Assembly (NCBI GenBank): GCA_964425715.1
Contig: CAYRNO010000003.1
Location: forward strand, 1-62,792
Reading direction: 5' to 3'
DNA: 62,792 bases
DNA from: an uncultured Candidatus Saccharibacteria bacterium
Lineage (GTDB): Bacteria; Patescibacteriota; Saccharimonadia; CAILAD01; BJGX01
A program made the translations under genes and the position numbers. The stretch's first letter is position 1; every line of letters begins with the position of its first letter. The notes beneath the pieces are model-generated. The model ran no database searches. It saw only the letters and a list, made by a program, of their open reading frames with translations, and was not told the origin of the DNA. Shown one piece after another: positions 24,894-34,612 of this stretch.

Positions 24894-26552
24894 ATGAATA
24901 AAGATATACCAGACTCTCAGTACGTTGCTGATGCGCTGTGGGTAGACGAGTCAGAACTGCAAAAAATTCTCAAAGATATTCAAGACAAATTGCAATCGGC
25001 CAAACACTCACCAGAGGCATACGGTGAACGAATGCGTGAGTATCTCAAGCGACTCACGCAAAAACAGCAAAGTCACAATCCAAACTACAAAAAGCGTTAT
25101 AGAGAATTGTCCAAACATATAGACAAGCTCACGCCGCATCAAGCCTACACTATCATTGCTAGATTCTTGGGCAACAACACCACCCAGTTCTTTGATCAGA
25201 TACCACCCAAGGCCAATCTGCAGTTTCCACGTGATCATCAACCCAAGCTTACCAGCCAAGTAGGGTGGCACTTCTTTGTTGGAAGTGTATGGGCCGAGGA
25301 CGGTCAGGAATATGGGATAGAGTTGATGTTCTTTCGCCAAGCCATATTACCCCCACAGCTTGCCAAAGAACTTGGTCTGACCGATGTAGAGAATCAAGTG
25401 ATCGAGATACAGCTCGGTATATCCAAGGCTGGTGATGTGCATCATCAAGTTGATCCAATAGTTGTGGCTGGTACATCTGGGCTTATTGAAGTAAGTAGTA
25501 AACCTTTCCGATATGCACTGGGCAAAAATATTATTGAGGGTTCAGGCAACAAAGAATTACTACCACTTACAGTAAAAGCTCGTGGTGTAGATCGTTCAGG
25601 CTCTGAGCCATTTGAGCTGGAGCTAGATCTCAAGCTCACTGGAGGCAAAGACTATCTACTGCAAGGTGATGATGGAGCTATGCCATCGGTAGCTGGTACC
25701 GGCTCTTTGTATTATTCGATACCCAATATACAAGTCAGCGCAGGTAGTACATTGAAGTATGGCGACAAAAAAGTGAAGCTCAATAAAGGCATGATGTGGT
25801 TCGATCACCAATGGGGGTTCTTGAGTGGCAACCCTCAGTCAGATGTCTTGCGAGCAGCCAACAATATATCCGCACCTGGTCCAAGCGGCTGGGATTGGTA
25901 CATGGCACAATTTGATGGAGATAGGCAGATAACAATGTTTGCTGCACATAGCAAGAAGTTTATAAGTTATTATTTTCAGTCAGGAGCCACTCCGCCACCT
26001 GTCATGACCGTGCCTGTTGCTGGTAAATACATGGATGAGCAAGGAGAACTACACAATACGTGGGGTAATCTCAAGATCACCAAGTGGGGTAAAGCTCAGA
26101 CTAGCCCCAATCCCAGCAAATATCCTATTACTCACGTGTGGCACCCCAATGAATGGCATTTTAGCTTTGATAGCACCATGCCAGCCGATATTCGTAAGTT
26201 TAGTATGACTCAAATAGTTGAGGGTGTGCAGACCAATTTCTTTGCCAATGGAGCACAGTACAATGAAGGTGCCGTAATACTCAAAGATCCAGATGGCAAA
26301 GACATAGGTCGCGGATTTGCTGAGGCAGTACAATACGCTGATACCACCGACAATGGCTTGAAGCTAGCTGGTCTAGAAGGAAGTGCTGAACTCAAAAAAG
26401 TACTTACAAATAACACTGCATCTTTGCCGCGCCGTATAAGCAGCTTGGTATATATGCTGACTCATCAAAAAGAACTAAAAGAAGTGCTCAAAAATTCTAA
26501 AGGTCTAGAGTTTTTTGGTAGTCCCAAGAAGACTCCCAGGGGCCGACACTAA
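24894..26552 (+). CDS. AttH/CrtC (carotenoid 1,2-hydratase-like) lipocalin-fold family protein with N-terminal helical extension
   Basis: 552 aa. FPRDHQP...GWHFFVGS...IELMFFR and GMMWFDHQWG match family motifs as remembered. Confidence 0.65.
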   Translation: MNKDIPDSQYVADALWVDESELQKILKDIQDKLQSAKHSPEAYGERMREYLKRLTQKQQSHNPNYKKRYRELSKHIDKLTPHQAYTIIARFLGNNTTQFFDQIPPKANLQFPRDHQPKLTSQVGWHFFVGSVWAEDGQEYGIELMFFRQAILPPQLAKELGLTDVENQVIEIQLGISKAGDVHHQVDPIVVAGTSGLIEVSSKPFRYALGKNIIEGSGNKELLPLTVKARGVDRSGSEPFELELDLKLTGGKDYLLQGDDGAMPSVAGTGSLYYSIPNIQVSAGSTLKYGDKKVKLNKGMMWFDHQWGFLSGNPQSDVLRAANNISAPGPSGWDWYMAQFDGDRQITMFAAHSKKFISYYFQSGATPPPVMTVPVAGKYMDEQGELHNTWGNLKITKWGKAQTSPNPSKYPITHVWHPNEWHFSFDSTMPADIRKFSMTQIVEGVQTNFFANGAQYNEGAVILKDPDGKDIGRGFAEAVQYADTTDNGLKLAGLEGSAELKKVLTNNTASLPRRISSLVYMLTHQKELKEVLKNSKGLEFFGSPKKTPRGRH

Positions 26553-26555
26553 ATT

Positions 26556-27239
26556 ATGTCTATTCCACCAAACACCATACCATTTTTTATTGGTTCAATA
26601 GTCACACTGATAGTGGGTATAAAATCACTTCAATCTTATCATAAACTCAAAACTCCACTAATAAGGCATTTTGCAATTACTGGCTTTTTGGCTGCAGCTG
26701 GTTTGGGGTTCAACTCTATACCATTTTATTTATCTAATAATCCTGACGTATTAAGAATATGCTTAACGTTGGGCAGGTTTTTCTTAGATATGGTGGGGTA
26801 TTGGCAGTTTTACTTAATATGGTATTTAACATGGCTCAGAAAATACCCGTTATGGTATTTTGTGATGCCTCTGACTATATTAGGCATAATAGGATTTGTT
26901 GACCAAGCTATTTTTTATCTAAACAATCCATTTATCATAAATGACGGATTGGTATTGTATAAATTCTCTGATTTTTCAAGGTATATACGTATTGTTTCAC
27001 TTATGATTGTATTTGTTGCTGGAATAGTTATAGGCATAAATGCTTTGGAGCAATCCAAAAAAAGCTCTAGAGTAAGATTAATGTCTATTTCTGTCTTGTA
27101 TATTTTTGCATCTATTGCAATTATTTATACCGTCTACTTGCAGGCCTTTAGTAATTCTTGGGTATTTCTAATGGGCTCTATAATTGCTGCAGGCATATTT
27201 TTTACAAATCCTTTCATAATTAAGAAAAAAAGAAAGTAA
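26556..27239 (+). CDS. 7-TM hypothetical membrane protein
   Basis: 227 aa with seven hydrophobic segments. Begins 4 nt after the AttH-like stop. Confidence 0.6.
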   Translation: MSIPPNTIPFFIGSIVTLIVGIKSLQSYHKLKTPLIRHFAITGFLAAAGLGFNSIPFYLSNNPDVLRICLTLGRFFLDMVGYWQFYLIWYLTWLRKYPLWYFVMPLTILGIIGFVDQAIFYLNNPFIINDGLVLYKFSDFSRYIRIVSLMIVFVAGIVIGINALEQSKKSSRVRLMSISVLYIFASIAIIYTVYLQAFSNSWVFLMGSIIAAGIFFTNPFIIKKKRK

Positions 27240-27245
27240 AACAAT

Positions 27246-28142
27246 TTATTTAGTATACATATCTATGAATTTGGCAGTATTATCGATAGCTTTTTGAGCT
27301 TCTGGTACAAATCGTGCAAATATGTGCCAGACATGCCATAGACCCTGTTCTTCATATAGCTCTGCTTCAACTCCAGCAGATTTAGCCTTCTTGACTAGAG
27401 CTACGGCATCGCCATATAGTACCTCACTCTTGTCTATATGAATCATGATAGGAGGTAAGCCTTTATAATCTCCAAACAACGGAGATGCTATAGGGTCGTT
27501 GCGAGGTGTATCTTTGAAGTATAGATCCATAAAGAAGTCTAAGTTATCATCCTTAATAATATAATCTTTTGGGTTGGAATACTTCTTGTAGCTCTCCAGC
27601 GTAGCATCGGTAGGCGGAGCGATAGCAATAGCGCAAGCCGGCATCGGTAATTTGTCGCGCTTGATCATTTGTAGTAGTGATAATGTCATGGCACCACCAG
27701 CCGAGTCACCCATGATTACTATATCTTGTGGCCTGTAGCTCTCAAGCAGCCATTTGTAAGCACTCATTGCTTCATTTACTGCAGTTGGGTAGGGATGTTC
27801 TGGAGCCAAGCTATAGTCTAGAGAGAAAGCTTTGTGCTTAGTGGCTTTTGATAGTCTAGAAATATAATCTCGGTGATGAGGAGTGAAATTGAATATAAAT
27901 CCACCGCCGTGGAAATAAAGAATCACCTTGTCATCTCTAGATTCGGGTACTTTTATCCATTCCCCTTTAAAATCCTTGGTTTTGTAAGGCTTGATAGATA
28001 CATCCTTATTTACTACAGCAAATTTAGCTAGCTTAGCTACACCCTCACGTTTGGATTTGAGGTTGTCCAAAGTAATTGGAGTACTAAATAGCTTGGAGGT
28101 CCGTAAGGCCAACAGTATTGCTTTACTTCTTACACTAGTCAT
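27246..28142 (-). CDS. alpha/beta hydrolase, hormone-sensitive-lipase-type esterase
   Basis: 298 aa. HGGGF oxyanion motif and GDSAGG nucleophile elbow. Confidence 0.85.
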   Translation of the reverse strand: MTSVRSKAILLALRTSKLFSTPITLDNLKSKREGVAKLAKFAVVNKDVSIKPYKTKDFKGEWIKVPESRDDKVILYFHGGGFIFNFTPHHRDYISRLSKATKHKAFSLDYSLAPEHPYPTAVNEAMSAYKWLLESYRPQDIVIMGDSAGGAMTLSLLQMIKRDKLPMPACAIAIAPPTDATLESYKKYSNPKDYIIKDDNLDFFMDLYFKDTPRNDPIASPLFGDYKGLPPIMIHIDKSEVLYGDAVALVKKAKSAGVEAELYEEQGLWHVWHIFARFVPEAQKAIDNTAKFIDMYTK

Positions 28143-28179
28143 TTAGATAGTATAGCAAAGCTTACGCGACTATTTGCGA

Positions 28180-28341
28180 TTATTGCATGATGGAGTCGAC
28201 TGTAGCAGCACTTGCATAGAGCACAAATATAAGTCCACCTATTACGATACATGCTATTGTGACTACAATGGCTGGGTCTACATATGACTTTTTGCTTCTT
28301 GAATTAGATGATCTTGATACAGATTTCTTTTTGGCTGGCAT
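28180..28341 (-). CDS. possible small membrane protein (53 aa)
   Basis: Hand-found ORF: MPAKKKSVSRSSNSRSKKSYVDPAIVVTIACIVIGGLIFVLYASAATVDSIMQ. AGGAAA SD. Confidence 0.35.
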   Translation of the reverse strand: MPAKKKSVSRSSNSRSKKSYVDPAIVVTIACIVIGGLIFVLYASAATVDSIMQ

Positions 28342-28559
28342 AAGTTTCCTTTGTTTATTAGTAATATATTAACTTCTTATGATTGTTACTGCAAGTGCTG
28401 TCTTGAAAAATTGTTAAAAATATGCAAAGATAACAGCTTAGAAATTGTTCTTCTTGGCGATTGAAAAATACTTTTTTCAATCGAAGAGGAGAATTATTGC
28501 AATTACTGAAGTAAAATAGTAATTACTGTTTTACGAAAGTATGGGTAATAATTGTACGA

Positions 28560-28636
28560 GGCTGCGTAGCTCAGTCGGTTAGAGCGCAGGACTCATAAGC
28601 CTGAGGTCGTAGGTTCGATCCCTACCGCAGCCACCA
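28560..28636 (+). tRNA. tRNA with CAU anticodon (elongator Met or Ile2), CCA encoded
   Basis: Acceptor GGCTGCG/CGCAGCC, anticodon loop CTCATAA, T-loop GGTTCGATCCC. Confidence 0.85.
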
Positions 28637-28727
28637 TAATAAGCCCAGCATTAAAGCAGATGCTGGTTTTATTTTTGTAAATTTGCAATAATATAACAGT
28701 ACTTGCACCTAATCGAGGAGGCTAAAG

Positions 28728-29261
28728 TTGTCTAACTCACCAACTTTACCGTTGGAGTTCACCGCACAACAGCTATTTGATATGTGTACAAAAGCGCTAA
28801 AAGACGCTAGTAAAGCTAGGTTCGATGCCTCACTGATACGCGGCCAAAGCCCAAGAATTGTTATTAATGGCGATGAAGAACAGGCTAGGCAAATACGTGA
28901 ATTAAGAGAACAAGCCCAAGAGCTTGAAGACAAAGCCAAAAGGTCAAATGCCGTTGCAAACGAGCATGCTCAAGCACTCGTGGGCAGCACAGTTATACTA
29001 ACTGGCAAAATATTTCGGGATGCAGACGAGTGGGTATCGGGTATGCCCGGTCTACTTGGTAGCGGTCACAACGTCACAAATACTCATTCACTAGATGTAG
29101 AAAGCTCAAAACATACTATTACTAGAGTAAAAACAATAAGAGAACAATTTATGGATAGTACGACCATAAGGTTCTATTTCAACTATCATGGTGGGAGTGA
29201 GTATTACTTTGAACTGCCACACAGGCCATACAAAGGTGAACTAAAAGTAGAGTTTGCTTAA
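28728..29261 (+). CDS. hypothetical protein (177 aa)
   Basis: TTG start 7 nt after a GAGGAGG SD. Terminator downstream. Confidence 0.55.
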   Translation: MSNSPTLPLEFTAQQLFDMCTKALKDASKARFDASLIRGQSPRIVINGDEEQARQIRELREQAQELEDKAKRSNAVANEHAQALVGSTVILTGKIFRDADEWVSGMPGLLGSGHNVTNTHSLDVESSKHTITRVKTIREQFMDSTTIRFYFNYHGGSEYYFELPHRPYKGELKVEFA

Positions 29262-29275
29262 GACGCATAAATAAC

Positions 29276-29308
29276 AACCAATCAGCTAGCAAGTTGATTG
29301 GTTTTTTT
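29276..29308 (+). terminator. intrinsic terminator
   Basis: AACCAATCA-loop-TGATTGGTTTTTTT. Confidence 0.8.
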
Positions 29309-29325
29309 CGTATAATAATAAGATA

Positions 29326-30657
29326 GTGTTAACAAAATTTCACAATCACCTAATAGACACCAATATATTACCCCCACATTCAAAATTACTTATTGCTGTT
29401 TCTGGTGGGGTTGATTCGATTACCTTACTACATGCCATCAACCAGATGAATAGTTTTTACAATTGGAAAATTGCAGTAGCTCATTATGATCACAAGCAAA
29501 GACCAGACAGCTATAAAGATGCTGAGCTAGTAGGGTTGTTGGCTGAGAGTTATGGCAACAAGTACTATCTCAATAAGCACGTAGATGGCATACAATCCGA
29601 AGCTGAACTTCGTCGGGCACGATATAATTTCTTAGAAAATCTTCGAGATGACATTGGTTTTGACTATATTGTAACAGCACATCATGGAGATGACAGGATA
29701 GAAACGGCAGTATTCAATACCATAAGAGGAGCTGATAGACAGGGTATGGCCTCAATGAAACGACAACGAGGCAAGTTACTCCGACCACTACTGCCATTTT
29801 CAAAAGCAGAACTTATCACTTATGCCAATTTGCAAAATCTCGCCTACAATGAAGACAGTACCAATACCAATATCGACTTTAGTAGGAACTTTGTACGCCA
29901 TGAGTTGGTACCGCTGGGAAGTATGATATACAAAAACTTTCATCATTCGTTTACCAACAAACTCAACGAGCTAGATGCGCTCAATGAATCTATCGCAACA
30001 AGGTTGAATAGTATATTGGATAGCCTAACTGTGAACCAAGATGAATATTCTATCACGCTCGACAAAGACAAATACCTGGAATTACCTCAGAATATTGCAC
30101 TGAATCTATTGGTGCATGTTTTCAATAAGTTGAAGCCGGGCATAGGGTTGAGTCGTAAAAATATCATGCAGGCCGAAAGAAATATCATCGATTCTAATCA
30201 ACCAAACAACTATCATGTAAAGGGCAACTTGCACATCGAGATAGGCTATGGTACTTTAAAAGTCACGTGTCAACCTGAAACATTCAATCACTTCAAGAAT
30301 TTCTCGACACACATTTTGACACCTGAGTATCCATTCTCAAATGATATGTTCCGTCTTTATGTCGGGGATAGCAAGAAGGATAATGTAGCAAATATCAATT
30401 TGCCAGAACAAAAACTTATAGTCCGACATCGACAAGTAGGAGACAGGGTGTATCCGCAAGGTATGACTGGTAGCAAGAAGCTACAAGACATATTTGTAGA
30501 CAAGAAGATATCTCGTGCTCACAGAGATCACTGGCCATTGGTAGTAAATGACAAAAACGAGATTTTATGGGTTCCGTTTGTAGTTACCGACAGAAGATCT
30601 GAAGCCGAAGATAGTGAAATGAAAATAATAAGCATAATTTGTGAGGTAAACAAATGA
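29326..30657 (+). CDS. tilS: tRNA(Ile)-lysidine synthase
   Basis: 443 aa. PP-loop SGGVDS. GTG start. Confidence 0.88.
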   Translation: MLTKFHNHLIDTNILPPHSKLLIAVSGGVDSITLLHAINQMNSFYNWKIAVAHYDHKQRPDSYKDAELVGLLAESYGNKYYLNKHVDGIQSEAELRRARYNFLENLRDDIGFDYIVTAHHGDDRIETAVFNTIRGADRQGMASMKRQRGKLLRPLLPFSKAELITYANLQNLAYNEDSTNTNIDFSRNFVRHELVPLGSMIYKNFHHSFTNKLNELDALNESIATRLNSILDSLTVNQDEYSITLDKDKYLELPQNIALNLLVHVFNKLKPGIGLSRKNIMQAERNIIDSNQPNNYHVKGNLHIEIGYGTLKVTCQPETFNHFKNFSTHILTPEYPFSNDMFRLYVGDSKKDNVANINLPEQKLIVRHRQVGDRVYPQGMTGSKKLQDIFVDKKISRAHRDHWPLVVNDKNEILWVPFVVTDRRSEAEDSEMKIISIICEVNK

Positions 30658-32492
30658 TCAAGAAGATTCCTAAACAGCTTATATATGTTGCAATAGCAGT
30701 AGTTGTAATTGTCGGTCTTTTGACTTTGGCAAATTACAATGAAAAAAAACCAGCTCAAGTACCACTTAGTAAGGTGATAGAGCAAACTGCTGCAGGCCAA
30801 GTAGAAAAAATCGAGGTTGTGGGTAATCAGTTGAATGTAACTCTTAAGGACGGCACCAAACAAACTACCTACAAAGAAGAATCGGCCAATCTTAAAGATT
30901 ATGGCTTGGACTACACTAAGGTATCGGTTGAAGTTAAAAATCCAGATGACGGCAGTGGTCGTTGGCTAGATATTTTGCTAAGTATTTTACCTATCGCAAT
31001 TATTATTGGATTTTTCTACTTTATAATGCGCCAAGCTCAAGGTAGCAATAATCAAGCTATGAGCTTTGGTAAAAGCAAGGCTAGAGTATTCGGGCTAGAG
31101 AAAGAAAAAGTTAAGTTTACCGATGTGGCTGGAGCTATTGAGGCCAAAACAGAACTGCAAGAAATAGTTGAGTTCTTAAAATACCCTAGTAAGTTCGAGA
31201 GCTTGGGTGCGAAGATTCCAAAAGGTGTATTGCTCTTTGGATCACCTGGCACCGGTAAAACTTTGTTGGCTCGAGCTGTGGCTGGAGAAGCCGATGTTCC
31301 ATTCTTCTCAATATCAGGATCTGAATTTGTAGAAATGTTTGTAGGTGTTGGTGCTAGTAGGGTGCGAGATTTGTTTAATAAAGCCAAGAAGAATGCTCCT
31401 TGTATTATATTTATCGACGAAATCGATGCGGTTGGCCGCCAACGCGGTACAGGACTGGGTGGAGGTCATGATGAGCGCGAACAAACCCTCAACCAGATAT
31501 TAGTCGAGATGGATGGGTTTGAACAAGGTACCAATGTCATAGTAATGGCTGCTACAAACCGACCAGACGTACTAGACCCAGCTCTGCTAAGACCTGGTAG
31601 ATTTGATAGACGAATCACTCTTGATAGCCCAGACCTAAAAGCTCGTGAAGAAATCTTAGAAGTTCATACCAAGAACAAACCACTCGAGAAAGACGTAGAG
31701 CTCGGTGAAATAGCCAAAAAAACCCCAGGTGTTTCTGGTGCAGACTTAGCCAACATAGCCAACGAAGCAGCAATATTTGCAGCTCGCCAAAACCGCAAGA
31801 AAATAGCTCAAGGTGACTTCCATGAAGCAGTCGAAAAGATTGCGCTTGGACCTGAACGCAAAAGCCATGTCCTCAATGATAAAGAAAAAGAAATCACTGC
31901 TTATCACGAAGCCGGGCACGCTCTACTATCTCATTTGTTGCCCAACTGTAACCCCGTACACAAGGTATCTATAGTATCCCGTGGTATGGCTGGGGGAGTG
32001 ACATGGAGCTTGCCAGAAGAAGACAAACACCTGCACTCCGTAACAGACTTCAAAGATGACATCGCGATGAGTCTTGGTGGTCGCACAGCCGAGCAAATAG
32101 TATTCAAAGACATTACTACAGGTGCAAGTAGCGATCTCAAGCATGCCAACGAACTTGCTCGTCGCATGGTTACAGATTACGGTATGAGCCCTAAACTATC
32201 CAACCAGGTATTTGGTGAATCTGAAAATTCCGTATTCCTAGGTCGATCGATGGGCGAAGGTCGTAACTATTCTGAAGAAGTTGCAGCGATTATCGACGAA
32301 GAAGTCAAAGCTCTAATCAATGAAGCTAGTAAAAAAGCCCATAGTGTCATCACCAAGAACAGATCCAAGCTTGACCTTATAGCCAAGACATTGATAGAAA
32401 AAGAAACTATTGAAGGTCCAGAGTTCAAAAAGTTATTCGATATTGTCGATAAATCAGCTCCAAAGAAAAATACCAAAACTGCACTTGAGTAA
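30654..32492 (+). CDS. ftsH: ATP-dependent zinc metalloprotease FtsH
   Basis: 612 aa. Walker [15 protein letters not shown] zinc site. Confidence 0.95.
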   Translation: MIKKIPKQLIYVAIAVVVIVGLLTLANYNEKKPAQVPLSKVIEQTAAGQVEKIEVVGNQLNVTLKDGTKQTTYKEESANLKDYGLDYTKVSVEVKNPDDGSGRWLDILLSILPIAIIIGFFYFIMRQAQGSNNQAMSFGKSKARVFGLEKEKVKFTDVAGAIEAKTELQEIVEFLKYPSKFESLGAKIPKGVLLFGSPGTGKTLLARAVAGEADVPFFSISGSEFVEMFVGVGASRVRDLFNKAKKNAPCIIFIDEIDAVGRQRGTGLGGGHDEREQTLNQILVEMDGFEQGTNVIVMAATNRPDVLDPALLRPGRFDRRITLDSPDLKAREEILEVHTKNKPLEKDVELGEIAKKTPGVSGADLANIANEAAIFAARQNRKKIAQGDFHEAVEKIALGPERKSHVLNDKEKEITAYHEAGHALLSHLLPNCNPVHKVSIVSRGMAGGVTWSLPEEDKHLHSVTDFKDDIAMSLGGRTAEQIVFKDITTGASSDLKHANELARRMVTDYGMSPKLSNQVFGESENSVFLGRSMGEGRNYSEEVAAIIDEEVKALINEASKKAHSVITKNRSKLDLIAKTLIEKETIEGPEFKKLFDIVDKSAPKKNTKTALE

Positions 32493-32544
32493 CCTGATGA
32501 AATAGTTTACAATCTCCTAGACCACTCAAGAACGGAGAACTCGC

Positions 32545-32913
32545 ATGAGAGCCAGGGATAAGCTGTCTCTTGCATCAAATATTGGGATTGTGGTAATTGC
32601 ATTTTTCGGTCTTGTAATTCCCGAGTTGGTAGCGACTTTGTTGGTCAACGCATCTCTGCTAGGAATATTCTCTTGGGGAGTCATCACCCTCAAGGACACC
32701 ACTGCAAAAGCATATGAAAGGCTCTGTGGTCTATACGTTGCTTTCGCAATTGTGGCCTCGTTTGCAGTGTATTATCTCATCGCTGGACCCGCAGAAGGCA
32801 TCAAGTTCAATTTGTTCCTGCTGCTCATCATCTCGTCGGTTTATATATCTTTTGGATTAGCGCTGTTCAATTTCAACAAATATATCAGCAAGATTGAAGA
32901 TCAAAATAAATAA
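32545..32913 (+). CDS. hypothetical 4-TM membrane protein
   Basis: 122 aa. GC a little above neighbours. Confidence 0.55.
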   Translation: MRARDKLSLASNIGIVVIAFFGLVIPELVATLLVNASLLGIFSWGVITLKDTTAKAYERLCGLYVAFAIVASFAVYYLIAGPAEGIKFNLFLLLIISSVYISFGLALFNFNKYISKIEDQNK

Positions 32914-32921
32914 TCCGCCCT

Positions 32922-32942
32922 AGCCCTAGAACATCTAGGGCT
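32922..32942 (+). terminator. hairpin built from CCCTAG/CTAGGG arms
   Basis: AGCCCTAG-aacat-CTAGGGCT, preceded by a second CCCTAG. Weak U-tract. Confidence 0.5.
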
Positions 32943-33021
32943 TATTATATTAATTAACTCACTTTAAAAACTCATCATATATGTTCCCACAAATGACCTT
33001 ATCTTGGTATAATACATCTCA

Positions 33022-34611
33022 GTGAAAAATATTCTAAAACGACTAAATAAATCACGAACGCTCTCTGTAGCGGCGTTTTTGATTTCACTCAGTTATTTCT
33101 TGAGCAGACTGTTAGGATTGGTCAGAGACAGATTGCTTGCCAGTAACTTTGGTGTGTCGGCTAGTACTGATGCCTATACTGCCGCTTTTCGAATACCAGA
33201 TCTCTTATTTACTATATTGGTATCTGGTGCTTTTGCCGTATCATTTATACCGGTCTTTATTGGTTACTTAGAGAAAAACAAGACTGATGAAGCTTGGCAT
33301 ATTACTAGCTCGTTGCTAAATATATTTTCTGTTGCTACTATACTGCTTTGCACATTGGCATTTATCTTTGCTCCGCAACTAGTGGGTTTGCTTGCACCGG
33401 GTTTTGATCAACAAAGATTTGATCTCACTGTCAATCTTACTCGAATAATGCTCGTGACCCCATTCCTTTTTTCTATATCAAGCGTACTTGGTGCAATTCA
33501 ACAAGCTTTCAATAGGTTTACGCTTTTTGCCATGGCGAGCGTGCTTTATAACATCGGCATTATTATAGGTATAGTATTTCTTTCAAAGCTATTTCCAGAG
33601 CAACCTATCTATGGTGTAGCCTATGGTGTAGCCCTTGGCGCAGCTTTACAGTTAGCTTTGCAGTTCTTCGGTATTATAGGGTTACATTTCAAATATAGCC
33701 TGAGCTTTGATTTCTTTCATCCTGGAGTTTTACGTACTATCAAGCTGATGATACCTCGATCTATTGACCTTGCAATCGATCAATTCAATTGGATTATACA
33801 AACTGCCATTAGCTCAAAACTCGCAGTCGGTAGCCTCACATCTTATTACTATGCCAATAATCTCAAAAATGTACCGCTTGGTATATTTGGCATGGCAATC
33901 ACCACTACAGTATTCCCGAGTCTTATTCGTGCTGCTAAGTCTGAAGACAAGGCTAGACTGTCCTCAGCAATAGTACGCGATATGAGTCTTATCATGTTTT
34001 TTGTCATACCGTCTGCTGCTATTGCATTAGTGATGCGAGGTTACATAGTGCGACTTTTATTTGGCTTTGGAGATCAGGCTACAGCAGATACATTAGGTTG
34101 GTTGGCCGGATCTATCATAGCAACAAGTCTGTTCTTCATGATCGCAAGGGTTTATTATTCGCTAGAAGATACGCTTACTCCATTACTTACCAGTCTTAGC
34201 TCTATCATAGTCAACATTATATTTAGCATAATTTTTTCAAGTAGATTTGGTGTGTCTGGTCTTGGTCTAGCACTTACGATATCGACATTTTATGAACTAA
34301 TAGTTCTAATGATACTTCTAAAGCGAAAGATTGGTAATTATGGCTATAAATCTATTGGACGTTCTGCACTCAAGATATCTATAGCCAGTCTTGCTATGTC
34401 AGCCTGGATATATTTACTCATCAACAGGGTGATACCGCTATATCGCGATGATATTGGTTTTACGACTATTGCACCTAAATTCTTTGTAATAGCATTCAGT
34501 GGAGTAGTGGTGTATTTTATTGCTGCCAAACTATTGCGTGTACATGAGACTGAAAAAATATTGCAAAAAATAATGCATCCAATAAAAATCATCAAAAGAA
34601 TAAGTAGGTAG
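33022..34611 (+). CDS. murJ: lipid II flippase MurJ
   Basis: 529 aa polytopic protein. RLLGLVRDRLLASNFG N-terminus typical of MurJ/MviN. Confidence 0.88.
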   Translation: MKNILKRLNKSRTLSVAAFLISLSYFLSRLLGLVRDRLLASNFGVSASTDAYTAAFRIPDLLFTILVSGAFAVSFIPVFIGYLEKNKTDEAWHITSSLLNIFSVATILLCTLAFIFAPQLVGLLAPGFDQQRFDLTVNLTRIMLVTPFLFSISSVLGAIQQAFNRFTLFAMASVLYNIGIIIGIVFLSKLFPEQPIYGVAYGVALGAALQLALQFFGIIGLHFKYSLSFDFFHPGVLRTIKLMIPRSIDLAIDQFNWIIQTAISSKLAVGSLTSYYYANNLKNVPLGIFGMAITTTVFPSLIRAAKSEDKARLSSAIVRDMSLIMFFVIPSAAIALVMRGYIVRLLFGFGDQATADTLGWLAGSIIATSLFFMIARVYYSLEDTLTPLLTSLSSIIVNIIFSIIFSSRFGVSGLGLALTISTFYELIVLMILLKRKIGNYGYKSIGRSALKISIASLAMSAWIYLLINRVIPLYRDDIGFTTIAPKFFVIAFSGVVVYFIAAKLLRVHETEKILQKIMHPIKIIKRISR

Positions 34612-34612
34612 T

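Noticed and set aside
26556-27239. The 7-TM protein as a second (type 1 or helio-) rhodopsin.
   Set aside because: There is no lysine in the last TM helix and no rhodopsin motifs.
28403-28431. A promoter-like CTTGAAAAATTGT box resembling the tRNA-fMet promoter -35 region, upstream of the tRNA at 28560. An AT-rich perfect hairpin lies at 28466-28492.
   Set aside because: There is no acceptable -10 hexamer at 16-19 nt. The evidence is too weak to annotate.
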